64,000 bases of DNA from Longimicrobiales bacterium (GTDB lineage Bacteria; Gemmatimonadota; Gemmatimonadetes; Longimicrobiales; Gaopeijiaceae). This document shows, piece by piece, positions 46,097 through 54,889 of this stretch; positions within the stretch are counted from its first letter, which is position 1, and every line of letters begins with the position of its first letter. The translations under genes and the position numbers were made by a program. Below the pieces are notes generated by a model, which ran no database searches, had not been told where the DNA came from, and saw only the letters and a list, made by a program, of their open reading frames with translations. The stretch covers positions 416,001-480,000 of the forward strand of contig JAWLHJ010000001.1 of the NCBI GenBank assembly GCA_041690395.1. The letters are read 5' to 3'.

Positions 46097-47610
46097 CAGG
46101 TGGACCGCCTTAGAACCACGCCTCTCGCGTAGGCCTTCCATGCATATGTCGGGTGGTCACCACCGAGCTCGATGCGAGGTAGTCGGAAACGGGCCGAATC
46201 CGGCCCGGCGTCCCCGCCGCAGTCCATCAATGCGCCTGCATACCCCAGTTCCTCCGCCAACGTAATCGCCTCTGGTGACACGTCTCCAGCCAACCCGAAA
46301 GGGTAGGCAAGAAAGATCTGTCTTCCGCCCCTGTTTTCGAGAAACTTCAGGGGAGCCGCCAGCTCGTGGCGCAACTGACCGGCGTCCAACTCGGAGACAC
46401 GTGCGTGATTGACGGTGTGTGCTCCGATGGTCCAGCCTGCGTGCTCGAGAGTCTCGACATCGGACCACTCCATGACCTGCAGCTGCTTCCGGATGGGAGA
46501 ATCGAGATCGTGATCGAACCGGCGGTCGGTGCTCACCAAGCCTGTGGAGAGGAAACAAGTCGCCACGAGGCCGCGCTCGGCGAGGATCGGGTAGGCGAAA
46601 TCGAGAACATTCCGGTACCCGTCGTCAAAGGTGATCGCCGCAACAGGCCGGCGAAGTCTGGCGCCCGACAACGCCAGGTGGACGGCTTCGTCGAGAGGAG
46701 CCACACGGTGTGTGCGAGTGAGATAGTCCACCTGATCGGCGAAGACGGATTGGGCAACCGTCATGCCGTCGCGGCACAAAGCGGTCACGCGATGGAAGGT
46801 GAAGATGCGGACCGGGTGTCTGGCCGTGAACGTTCGGATCAGATCGCGTACTGGACAGTAGGTCCAGAGCATCACATGGTAGGCGATGGCCTTGATCACT
46901 CTGAGCGGCACTCGAGCCCAACGCCTGACACCACCAGGCCTAGGATCTCCGGCTCGCGGGACACCCATGGGTGCTGCCGGTGGCACGATCGGGCGTTCTT
47001 GAGGCTCGGACTGTGGGCGGAGCTCCGTCTCGCCTGCCATGATTCTGTCGAGGCCTTCCCGAAAGATGCAGATGCACAACTCCTCCGCCCGGGTCATCAC
47101 GGCTTCAAGATCATCGGCTGGGTAGATTGGTGCCGAGCCGCTCGCGACGATGTCCCCGAGATCGCTCCCATCCGAGAGAAACTGTAGATTGGCCACGATC
47201 GATGTCCTATCGGTTGCGTCTTCCGGAACTCCAGCAGAGTTCCAAACATCTCCCTCATGGATCCCAATGGTGCCGAGGGATGGAATGCCGAAGAGCTGAC
47301 GCTCCAACAGGGGAGCCTCGATGGAGATCCCGAGATCCGGCTTCCAGTTCTGCACTCTCGTTAGAATATCTGGGGCGTGAAGGTCTTCAGACTCGATCTC
47401 CATGATCTCCGGGTTGCTGCGCCTCGCGGCATAGATCTTGATCCCCGTTGGTGATTGTCGCTTGAGCCGCTGGAGGAATGGTGGTCCCGATCCGCGCTCG
47501 GTTTCTTGGCGGCAGACCAAGATCGATGTTATGCCCTCTCTCGCCACGAGCACGGACCAGAGGGGGGTTCGCCGTAAGTCACATCGCCCTGTGAAGACGA
47601 CTATGCGCAT
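46096..47610 (-). CDS. Fusion of a divergent formyltransferase domain and a NodB-type polysaccharide deacetylase
   Basis: N-terminal part: PDLGIS...LLERQLFGIPSLGTIGIH...SDGSDLGDIV. C-terminal part: FTFHRV, ITFDDGY, GAHTVNH, AYPFG, LPRI. Confidence 0.8.
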   Translation of the reverse strand: MRIVVFTGRCDLRRTPLWSVLVAREGITSILVCRQETERGSGPPFLQRLKRQSPTGIKIYAARRSNPEIMEIESEDLHAPDILTRVQNWKPDLGISIEAPLLERQLFGIPSLGTIGIHEGDVWNSAGVPEDATDRTSIVANLQFLSDGSDLGDIVASGSAPIYPADDLEAVMTRAEELCICIFREGLDRIMAGETELRPQSEPQERPIVPPAAPMGVPRAGDPRPGGVRRWARVPLRVIKAIAYHVMLWTYCPVRDLIRTFTARHPVRIFTFHRVTALCRDGMTVAQSVFADQVDYLTRTHRVAPLDEAVHLALSGARLRRPVAAITFDDGYRNVLDFAYPILAERGLVATCFLSTGLVSTDRRFDHDLDSPIRKQLQVMEWSDVETLEHAGWTIGAHTVNHARVSELDAGQLRHELAAPLKFLENRGGRQIFLAYPFGLAGDVSPEAITLAEELGYAGALMDCGGDAGPDSARFRLPRIELGGDHPTYAWKAYARGVVLRRST

Positions 47611-47708
47611 ATCGGAATCCAGTGTACGAGTAGCCAAGAGTCACAGGGGGGAGCCTTCCATACCTACGAGCCGGATGGAGTGGTTCCGGCCCTCCAGCGA
47701 GCAAACGC

Positions 47709-48590
47709 TTGTCTGACTTGAGCGGGCGATCTCAACGGCACCATTTCACGGTCGACGTCGAAGAGTATTTCCATCCGACGGCACTCGCGCCGTCGTTTCC
47801 ACCTGCGGATTGGCCAAGACTGGGCCGTCGGTCTCCCGGTGTCGTAGACCGGCTCCTGGAGTTTCTCGATGCCCGCAGCGTCACTGGAACGTTCTTCATT
47901 GTGGGTTGGCTCGCGGAACGGGAGCCGGCGATGGTGCGACGAATCGCCGGTCAGGGACACGAGGTCGCGTCGCATGGCCACGAACATGCTTTGGTCCGCT
48001 CACTTGGGGTAGAAGGTTTTCGTAGATCGATTCGCAAGAGTAGGGCCATTCTGGAGAGTCTGGTCGGCAGCCCCGTCGTCGGGTATCGAGCCCCAAGCTT
48101 TTCCATCGTCCCGGGGCTGGAGTGGGCCTTCGATGTTCTGATCGAGGAGGGGTACCTTTATGATGCTAGCCTCTTTCCCGTGAGCCAGCATCCGACGTAC
48201 GGATATCCGAGCGCGCCGCGAGATCCTCACTGGATCGAGCGCGGTGCTGGTCGCTTGCTCGAGTTGCCAGCGACGACCGCTCGAATCGCAGGGCAATCTC
48301 TGCCTGCCTCCGGCGGAGCCTACTTCAGACTGCTGCCTCTGGCGTTGGTCAGGGCTGGACTCCAGCAGTCGGAGGCTCGGGACGTACCCGGAATGTTTTA
48401 TATCCATCCATGGGAGATGGATGCCTGGGCTCCACGGGTGTCCCGCCAGCCCGTGCAGCGGCTGAGGACCTTCGCAGGTCGCACTCGAACCTGGTCGAGG
48501 CTGACGACGTTGTTCAACGAGTTCGATTTCGGTCCGATCCGTCAGACCTATCAACATATGAGCGCCAAGAGAGCCAGAGCAGCATCGTGA
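47709..48590 (+). CDS. XrtA-system polysaccharide deacetylase (DUF3473-containing)
   Basis: FTVDVEEYF, TFFIVGW, HEVASHG..H, GYRAPSFSI, GGAYFRLLP, FYIHPWE. Confidence 0.92.
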   Translation: MSDLSGRSQRHHFTVDVEEYFHPTALAPSFPPADWPRLGRRSPGVVDRLLEFLDARSVTGTFFIVGWLAEREPAMVRRIAGQGHEVASHGHEHALVRSLGVEGFRRSIRKSRAILESLVGSPVVGYRAPSFSIVPGLEWAFDVLIEEGYLYDASLFPVSQHPTYGYPSAPRDPHWIERGAGRLLELPATTARIAGQSLPASGGAYFRLLPLALVRAGLQQSEARDVPGMFYIHPWEMDAWAPRVSRQPVQRLRTFAGRTRTWSRLTTLFNEFDFGPIRQTYQHMSAKRARAAS

Positions 48591-48618
48591 AAAGGCTGGG
48601 GAGCGCCGGTCGCGTACA

Positions 48619-49740
48619 ATGTTGAGGCCCTCCGTCGTTCACCTGACCGCTCCTGCTCCATTCGGTGGCCTCGAGTCGGTCGTGCTGACGCTCGCGGCCG
48701 GTCAAGCACGCGCGGGTCACGAGGTCACGGTGATCGGCACGTTTACAACTCCTCCAGACGGCCAGCCCTTCTGGGACGCGGCGGCTGCGTTGGATGGTGT
48801 TCGAGCAGTGCCTCTCGTCTTCTCACCGAGGCGGTATCTAGCGGAGCATCGAGCGATTGCGCGAACCTTGGAGGAAGTCCCGAGCGACGTGATTCATTCC
48901 CATGGTTATCGCGCCGACGCAATGGCAGCGTCCCTTGGGGGGCGGCTCGGCCTGAAAACGGTGAGCACGGTACATGGATTCTCTGGCCAGGGCTTGAAGA
49001 ACTCTCTCTACGAGTGGCTACAGACCCGACTCCTCGGCAGATTCGACGGCGTCGTGGCAGTATCTCGGGCCATCGAGGCGGAGTTGCGAGAAAACGGAGT
49101 TCCGCCTGCGGTCCTGACGACGCTACCGAATGCTTGGGCGCCGACAGGCCGTCCTTTATCGAGGTCCCAGGCACGGTCTGAGCTAGGGCTTCCGGACAAT
49201 CAGCCCATCATTGGCTGGGTCGGAAGGATGAGTCCAGAGAAGGCGCCGGACGTTGCCTTGGAGGCGTTTGCCGGGGTCACTGTGCCGGAGAGTCGGCTCG
49301 TCTTCATCGGTGACGGGCCGGAACGCTCAGCGCTCGAGGCCGTCTCGCGGCGACTCGGCATCGCGAACAGGGTCCATTGGGCCGGAGTCGTTCCGGGGGC
49401 TGGCCGACTCCTCCCGGCTTTCGATGTCCTCTGCCTCTCGTCCTGGACTGAGGGTACGCCTATCGTTCTCCTCGAAGCGATGGCGGCACAGGTCCCAATA
49501 GTGACCACGGCCGTTGGAGGCATCCCCGATGTAGTATCCGGGAAGGAGGCTCTCCTGGTGGATGCCGGCAACCGTGAATCGCTGGCGAGGGCCATGTCCT
49601 TCGCCATTCTGGATCCCGAGGGAGCACAGGCACGTGCCACCGCTGCCCGTGCGCGGGTCGAATGTGACTACGACCCGAAGCCCTGGGTGGAGCGGTATGC
49701 CCGCGTCTATGGGGCGGCGATCAGAAGATCGTGTAGATGA
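48619..49740 (+). CDS. Glycosyltransferase family 4
   Basis: FGGLE, IHSHG, STVHG, VGRMSPEK, IGDGP, SWTEGTPIVLLEAMAA. Confidence 0.92.
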   Translation: MLRPSVVHLTAPAPFGGLESVVLTLAAGQARAGHEVTVIGTFTTPPDGQPFWDAAAALDGVRAVPLVFSPRRYLAEHRAIARTLEEVPSDVIHSHGYRADAMAASLGGRLGLKTVSTVHGFSGQGLKNSLYEWLQTRLLGRFDGVVAVSRAIEAELRENGVPPAVLTTLPNAWAPTGRPLSRSQARSELGLPDNQPIIGWVGRMSPEKAPDVALEAFAGVTVPESRLVFIGDGPERSALEAVSRRLGIANRVHWAGVVPGAGRLLPAFDVLCLSSWTEGTPIVLLEAMAAQVPIVTTAVGGIPDVVSGKEALLVDAGNRESLARAMSFAILDPEGAQARATAARARVECDYDPKPWVERYARVYGAAIRRSCR

Positions 49741-49870
49741 ACGGCGCCAGTGCCGATCCCTGCGCGAACACGAGGAGCGCTCCGACCATCAGCATCACTA
49801 CGATGATGGGAAGGAGCCAGAACTTCTTCCGCTCCTTCATGAACGCCCAAAGTTCCTTTATCAGCGCCAT
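49721..49870 (-). CDS. 49-aa DUF5989/SxtK-like small membrane protein (absent from the supplied ORF track)
   Basis: Manual translation gives MALIKELWAFMKERKKFWLLPIIVVMLMVGALLVFAQGSALAPFIYTIF; RKKxWLxP and APFIYTxF are the family signature. Confidence 0.9.
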   Translation of the reverse strand: MALIKELWAFMKERKKFWLLPIIVVMLMVGALLVFAQGSALAPFIYTIF

Positions 49871-49928
49871 TGTCTATTGCCTCGATGTTTGTCGGTTATC
49901 GCCAAGTCCCAGCGCAATCCGTCGTGGA

Positions 49929-50330
49929 TCAGAACTGCCTCTGTAGATCACTCTTTCGTTTCGCCCCCCGAGACGTCCAGAAGCTCCCGTTCTCGGGGAC
50001 TCGCACCACGGGGTTGCGGCCCAAGAGCCGCATGACCACGCCAATCGGCGCGATGACGAGAAAGTAGGTGATCCCCATGAAGATTGGGGTGGTGATCTTC
50101 GATAGAAGGAGAGCGAAGCCCATCCAGGCTCGGTACACCGGCCCGAGCTTGCCGGGAATCAACAGCCCGGCAAGCAACAGGGTACCCCCTAAGACACCAA
50201 AGCCCGAAGCGACGGATTCATGTCCACGCCACCAGACGATTCCGCCCAGCACGAGGAATGCGATTCCGACCGGGAAGGCGAACTTCCGGCCTTCCTCAGG
50301 CGTCAATCGAGCTGGAATTCTTGTCTCCAA
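49929..50330 (-). CDS. SxtJ family membrane protein
   Basis: RKFAF, PVYRAWM, ITTPIFMGITYFLVIAPIG....GRNP, SFW, LQRQF. TTG start after GGAGGGAG; overlaps the carbamoyltransferase stop. Confidence 0.85.
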   Translation of the reverse strand: METRIPARLTPEEGRKFAFPVGIAFLVLGGIVWWRGHESVASGFGVLGGTLLLAGLLIPGKLGPVYRAWMGFALLLSKITTPIFMGITYFLVIAPIGVVMRLLGRNPVVRVPENGSFWTSRGAKRKSDLQRQF

Positions 50331-52144
50331 TCTCCCTCCTCTTCCCATTCCGGCTGGTCTTCCTTCGCGAGAAGGAAAGGACCCACCACGAGATAGTCGA
50401 TATGCGTGCGCATGAAGCAGCGATACGAGTCCTCAGGGGTGCAGACGATCGGCTCGCCTCGGACGTTGAATGAGGTGTTCACCAAGACGGGACAGCCGGT
50501 GCGGTTCTCGAAAGCCTTCAGCAGATCATAGTAGTCGGGGCTCGTATCTCGACTCACCGTCTGCACACGGGCCGAGTAGTCAATGTGCGTCACCGCGGGG
50601 ATATCGGACCTCGGCACGTTCAACTGCTCGATCCCCCAGAGCTTCTTGTGCTCATCCGTCATAGGGATCTGACGCTCCTCCTTAACGGGAGCCACGAGGA
50701 GCATATAGGGAGAGTCGGTGTCCATTTCGAAGTACTCATGAACACGCTCCCTGAGAACGCTGGGCGCGAATGGTCGGAAGCTCTCGCGGAACTTGATCTT
50801 CAGGTTCATGTCCGCTTGCATCTTGAGGCTACGTGGATCACCCAGGATACTCCGGGCTCCGAGTGCACGCGGCCCGAATTCGTTTCGACCGTTGTGCCAG
50901 CCGACGATCTTACCGTCAGCGAGATGCTCGGCCACACGCTCATTGAGCTCTGTGCGCTCTAGCCGCTCGTACTTTGCGCCCAACCGGTCCATGCGCGTGC
51001 GGATCTCGGTCTCGGAGAACCCCGGCCCCAGGTAGGAGCCCTTCATCGAATCCTTCCCGGCGGTTACGTGCCGTGGCTGAGCCAGGTGGCGATGCCAGAT
51101 CAACTGAGCTACGCCGAGACTACCCCCAGCGTCGCCCGCGGCTGGCTGGATCCAGATGTTTTCGAAGGGACCCTCCCTCAGGATACGCCCGTTGCCCACA
51201 CAGTTCAGGGCCACACCGCCCGCCAGACAGAGGTTGGGAAGCCCAGTCTCCGTGTGAATGGTACGGGTCATCCGGAGCATGATCTCTTCACACACGTCCT
51301 GCACTGACCGGGCCAAGTCCATCTCGCGCTGGGTGAGACGGGTTTCCGGCTTCCGCGGAGGACCTCCGAAGAGCTCGTCGAACGCACCGTTCGTCATGGT
51401 GAGGCCCTTCAGATAGTTGAAGTACCTCTGGTCCATCGTGAACGAGCCGTCTTCCTTCAGGTCGATGAGCTTGTCCAAGATGACGTCGACGTATTTCGGC
51501 TCGCCGTAAGGGGCTAGGCCCATCACCTTGTACTCACCCGAGTTCACCTTGAATCCCGTGTAGTACGTGAACGCGGAATAGAGTAGTCCGAGTGAGTCGG
51601 GCCAGTGCAACTCCTTCAGGATTTCGAGGTCATTCCCACGCCCGACGCCCATAGAGGCGGTAGCCCATTCTCCGACGCCATCCATGGTCAGGATAGCGGC
51701 TTCCTCGAAAGGCGAAGGGAAGAACGCACTGGCGGCATGGGATTCGTGATGCTCGCTGAAAAGGATTTGTCCGTCGTAACCCAGTGGCTCCCGGATCTCC
51801 CGCTCCATGAAGAGCTTCTCCTTGATCCAGAGCGGTCCAGCCATCAGGAACGAACGGAAGCCTCTCGGGGCGACACCCAGATAGGTTTCTAGGATACGCT
51901 CAAACTTGAGCAAGGGCTTGTCGTAAAAGCCAACATACTCGAGGTCTTCTACGCCGATGCCAGCAAAGTCGAGGCAGAAGTCCACCGCGTTTCGCGGGAA
52001 CGACGCATCGGCCTTGATTCGGGTGAAGCGATCCTCAGAGGCAGCTGCGAATATCTCCCCATCCTTCAAGAGACAGGCGGCGCTGTCATGAAAGAAGGCA
52101 GATATTCCAAGGACGTACATGGGGCGGTTTTCCGGGCCCGTCAT
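50303..52144 (-). CDS. Carbamoyltransferase (NodU/CmcH/SxtI family)
   Basis: LGISAFFHDSAA, EHHESHAASAF, DGVGEW, GEYKVMGLAPYG, AGGVALNC, FGPRALGARS, KFRESFRPFAP, NTSFNVRGEPIV. Confidence 0.95.
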   Translation of the reverse strand: MTGPENRPMYVLGISAFFHDSAACLLKDGEIFAAASEDRFTRIKADASFPRNAVDFCLDFAGIGVEDLEYVGFYDKPLLKFERILETYLGVAPRGFRSFLMAGPLWIKEKLFMEREIREPLGYDGQILFSEHHESHAASAFFPSPFEEAAILTMDGVGEWATASMGVGRGNDLEILKELHWPDSLGLLYSAFTYYTGFKVNSGEYKVMGLAPYGEPKYVDVILDKLIDLKEDGSFTMDQRYFNYLKGLTMTNGAFDELFGGPPRKPETRLTQREMDLARSVQDVCEEIMLRMTRTIHTETGLPNLCLAGGVALNCVGNGRILREGPFENIWIQPAAGDAGGSLGVAQLIWHRHLAQPRHVTAGKDSMKGSYLGPGFSETEIRTRMDRLGAKYERLERTELNERVAEHLADGKIVGWHNGRNEFGPRALGARSILGDPRSLKMQADMNLKIKFRESFRPFAPSVLRERVHEYFEMDTDSPYMLLVAPVKEERQIPMTDEHKKLWGIEQLNVPRSDIPAVTHIDYSARVQTVSRDTSPDYYDLLKAFENRTGCPVLVNTSFNVRGEPIVCTPEDSYRCFMRTHIDYLVVGPFLLAKEDQPEWEEEGDWRQEFQLD

Positions 52145-52330
52145 CGTTTCTCCGTCAGGAAGAGCGCCTGCACCCGATTCCATCATAGGACCAATGGAAA
52201 GGAGCTGCGTTGAGCGATAGGGAGCAACAGGAGATGGAGCATCCCTTCAAACTAATGGGTCCGCACCCTACCGGTACCTACGACTCAACGGGACAGGACA
52301 TTGGCGCTCGGAGGGGGGGCGTGGCGGCAG

Positions 52331-52705
52331 TCAGTGCACGCTTGCCGAGGCTGGTAGCTCGTTCGATAGAAACTCAAGTCCCTGATCAACCGTCATGACG
52401 GTTGATCCACGGAACTCCAAGGCAACCCGGAGGTCGTCTGATGCGGCCACGAAGAACCGCGCCCCCGTCAGTCGCCGGAACAACTCCTCCTTGTCGTTTC
52501 CGTCGAAGTACTCGACTCCGTGCGCCTGGCACCGATCGGCCCTGACTACCGGATCCAGCCACCTGTCCAATGAGGCAAGGGAGATCCCGTTCAGGCAGAT
52601 ACCGACCGTTCCATTCCTTGAAGCCAAGTAGACCGCAGTGACGAGTCTCTCGGCTACGTCAGCCGGGAGATCCGGAGTTAGCTCCACGACTCCAATCACG
52701 TCCAT
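52331..52705 (-). CDS. Hypothetical protein (124 aa)
   Basis: ATG at 52705 preceded by GGAAGGAG; globular-looking sequence MDVIGVVELT...; no motif recognised. Confidence 0.55.
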   Translation of the reverse strand: MDVIGVVELTPDLPADVAERLVTAVYLASRNGTVGICLNGISLASLDRWLDPVVRADRCQAHGVEYFDGNDKEELFRRLTGARFFVAASDDLRVALEFRGSTVMTVDQGLEFLSNELPASASVH

Positions 52706-52734
52706 GCTTGCTCCTTCCGGCGTGAAAGCCGCGG

Positions 52735-53463
52735 TCACATCCACACCTTGCGGAACACCATCACCGGCAACGTCTTGGCCATGATCATGAGGTCCTCGGT
52801 CGGCGAGCTGCGCTCGATGTACTCGAGGTCCATCTCGACCTTCTTCTTGACGTCGTCGACGCTGGTGTCGTAACCGAGCGTCACCTGCGCGAGGCCGGTG
52901 ATCCCAGGCAGCACCCGCTGCCGCTCCTGATAGCGGCTGATGTTCTGCCGCAGCTCCTGGAAGATCTGGGGCTGCTCGGGTCGCGGGCCGACGATGTTCA
53001 TGTCGCCCTTGAGCACGTTGAAGAACTGCGGTAGCTCGTCGATGCGCGTGGCGCGGAGGAATGCGCCGATGGACGTGATGCGGGGGTCGTTCTTCGACGC
53101 CCACTGCTGGCCGGCCTTCGGGTCGTTCCGCATCGTGCGGAACTTGTAGATGGTGAACAGCTTCCCACCGTAGTCCACGCTCCGGCGGTAGTTCTCCGAG
53201 CCGGGACCGCGGTTACCGCGCCGGTCGACGCCCACCCGGTGCTGCTTGTAGATGACGGGGCCCGGCGAGGTCAGCTTGATGAGCACCGCGACCACGAGCA
53301 TGATGGGCGCGGTCAGGAAGATGCCGATGCTGGCGACGACGATGTTGATGCCTCGCCGTACCTGCTCACTGTAGTCGGGCTTCCGTGGGGAGCGCCCGAT
53401 CCGCGGCTCGAGGCGGAGGGGCTCGGTCGTCAGCGAGCCGGGGAATGAGCGCGAGGGCGCCAT
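52735..53463 (-). CDS. Priming sugar (phospho)transferase, Bac_transf family
   Basis: Single TM, SPGPVIYKQ.RVG, IYKFRTM, DPRIT.IG.FLR..RIDELPQ..NVLKGDMNIVGPRPE, PGITGLAQV. Confidence 0.95.
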   Translation of the reverse strand: MAPSRSFPGSLTTEPLRLEPRIGRSPRKPDYSEQVRRGINIVVASIGIFLTAPIMLVVAVLIKLTSPGPVIYKQHRVGVDRRGNRGPGSENYRRSVDYGGKLFTIYKFRTMRNDPKAGQQWASKNDPRITSIGAFLRATRIDELPQFFNVLKGDMNIVGPRPEQPQIFQELRQNISRYQERQRVLPGITGLAQVTLGYDTSVDDVKKKVEMDLEYIERSSPTEDLMIMAKTLPVMVFRKVWM

Positions 53464-53791
53464 GCTCCGGTGCTGAAGTCCCCAGTGCTTTCGAGTCGTA
53501 GAGCTGATCACGCTATGTATCGCCTCGTGGTATCGGTTCCGTGCTGTGTGCCGAACCTTTGTGCAAGGCGTGTTCACATCGGGGGCGAATGTGGACCGCA
53601 TCTCGTAAGTGCATGGTGCACAGTGATATACAGATGTTACGCTCGAGGCGCGCGGCGGCGGTTTCCCACAATCTCTGTAGGCGGTTACCTACGAGTGTGG
53701 AGGCGCTGCAACACGGCGGGGAGCGGCCTGGGGGACCGCGTGTGCGGTCAAGGCTCCGAGGGCACCAAGGAGGTAACCGACCGGAAGCGAC

Positions 53792-54889
53792 TCAGCGTCT
53801 GGCCGGACCCGGCAGCACGAAGAAGAATCGCGTCCCTTCCTCATTGGACGTGGTGAACTCCAGCTTCCCCCCCATCGCCTCCACCAACCGTCGCGCGATC
53901 GACAGCCCGACCCCGCTCCCGGAGAAGAACTCGCCGGTCTGCCCCTGACCGCGCCGCTTCTTGAACGGCTGGAACAGCTCCTTCTGCCGGTCTTCCGGAA
54001 TGCCGCGCCCCGTGTCCTGCACGTAATACTCGAGCCGGCCCTGCGGGAGCTGCTTGACGCCGATCTCGACGAGCCCCTCGTCGGTGAACTTGACGGCGTT
54101 CGTGGTGAGGTTCAGCATGACGCGTCCGAGCGCGTGCGGATGCCCTTCGGACTGGCCGTGGGCCGGAACCTCGATGCGGAGCTCGAGCTTCTTTTCCTCC
54201 ACCATGGGCCGGATCATGCGTTCGACGTTCCGGAACACCTCACTGAACCCGTACGGCGACGGCTCCTCGTCGACCAGGTCGAGCCCGCGCCGGGCCAGGT
54301 CGACGACGTCGGTTGCCACGTTGGCGAGCCCGAATGCGGCGCTGTACATGAGTCCGAGCTGGCTCCGCTGCAGATCGTTGACCTCACCGCTGTGGCCGTC
54401 GCGGAGGGTCTCCGACAGAAACAGGATCGACGTCAGCGGCGAACGGAAGTCGTGCGCGACCTCGACGAGCAACTCGAAGGCGTCGGGCCCGAGCATGCGG
54501 CTCCGGAGGTCGGAGGCGCCCGCATCGGGCGCTTGCCCGTCTTCGGATGACGGGTTCCGGTACGTGGAGCAGGCCCGCAACGCCCGCAGCACCGCATCGG
54601 TCTCGGCGTTGGCTCTGGACATCCACAACAGCTCGTGCTCCATGCGTGCGAGCAACACCTCGTCCGCACGCGTGAACGCAGGCACCGAGGCGCCAGTCGC
54701 GCCCGCCACGATCCGTCGGAGCGCGACGACCATCGTCGCGAGTCTCCGGCGGAGCCGTTCGTATTCGTCGGCGGCTCGCTCGGGGAAGTGCTCGTGGAGA
54801 CGCGCGGCCACCCGCTGGGCAGCGGTTTCGAGGACCGAAGCCTCGGAGTCGTGCCCCATCTCCACGGGGTGCGGCGTCTCGGGCGACAT
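53792..54889 (-). CDS. Cytoplasmic histidine kinase (HisKA + HATPase)
   Basis: H-box VAHDFRSPL, N-box NLTTNAVKFT, G1 DTGRGI, F-box LFQPF, G2 GSGVGLSI; no TM segment. Confidence 0.92.
   Translation of the reverse strand: MSPETPHPVEMGHDSEASVLETAAQRVAARLHEHFPERAADEYERLRRRLATMVVALRRIVAGATGASVPAFTRADEVLLARMEHELLWMSRANAETDAVLRALRACSTYRNPSSEDGQAPDAGASDLRSRMLGPDAFELLVEVAHDFRSPLTSILFLSETLRDGHSGEVNDLQRSQLGLMYSAAFGLANVATDVVDLARRGLDLVDEEPSPYGFSEVFRNVERMIRPMVEEKKLELRIEVPAHGQSEGHPHALGRVMLNLTTNAVKFTDEGLVEIGVKQLPQGRLEYYVQDTGRGIPEDRQKELFQPFKKRRGQGQTGEFFSGSGVGLSIARRLVEAMGGKLEFTTSNEEGTRFFFVLPGPARR

Noticed and set aside
49721..52144. Saxitoxin biosynthesis
   Set aside because: Only sxtI/J/K-like genes are present. 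There is no SxtA architecture or amidinotransferase, and the context is polysaccharide.
52706..53104. N-terminal half of ORF 52331..53104
   Set aside because: It is an out-of-frame overlap with the sugar transferase; the RBS supports a start at 52705.
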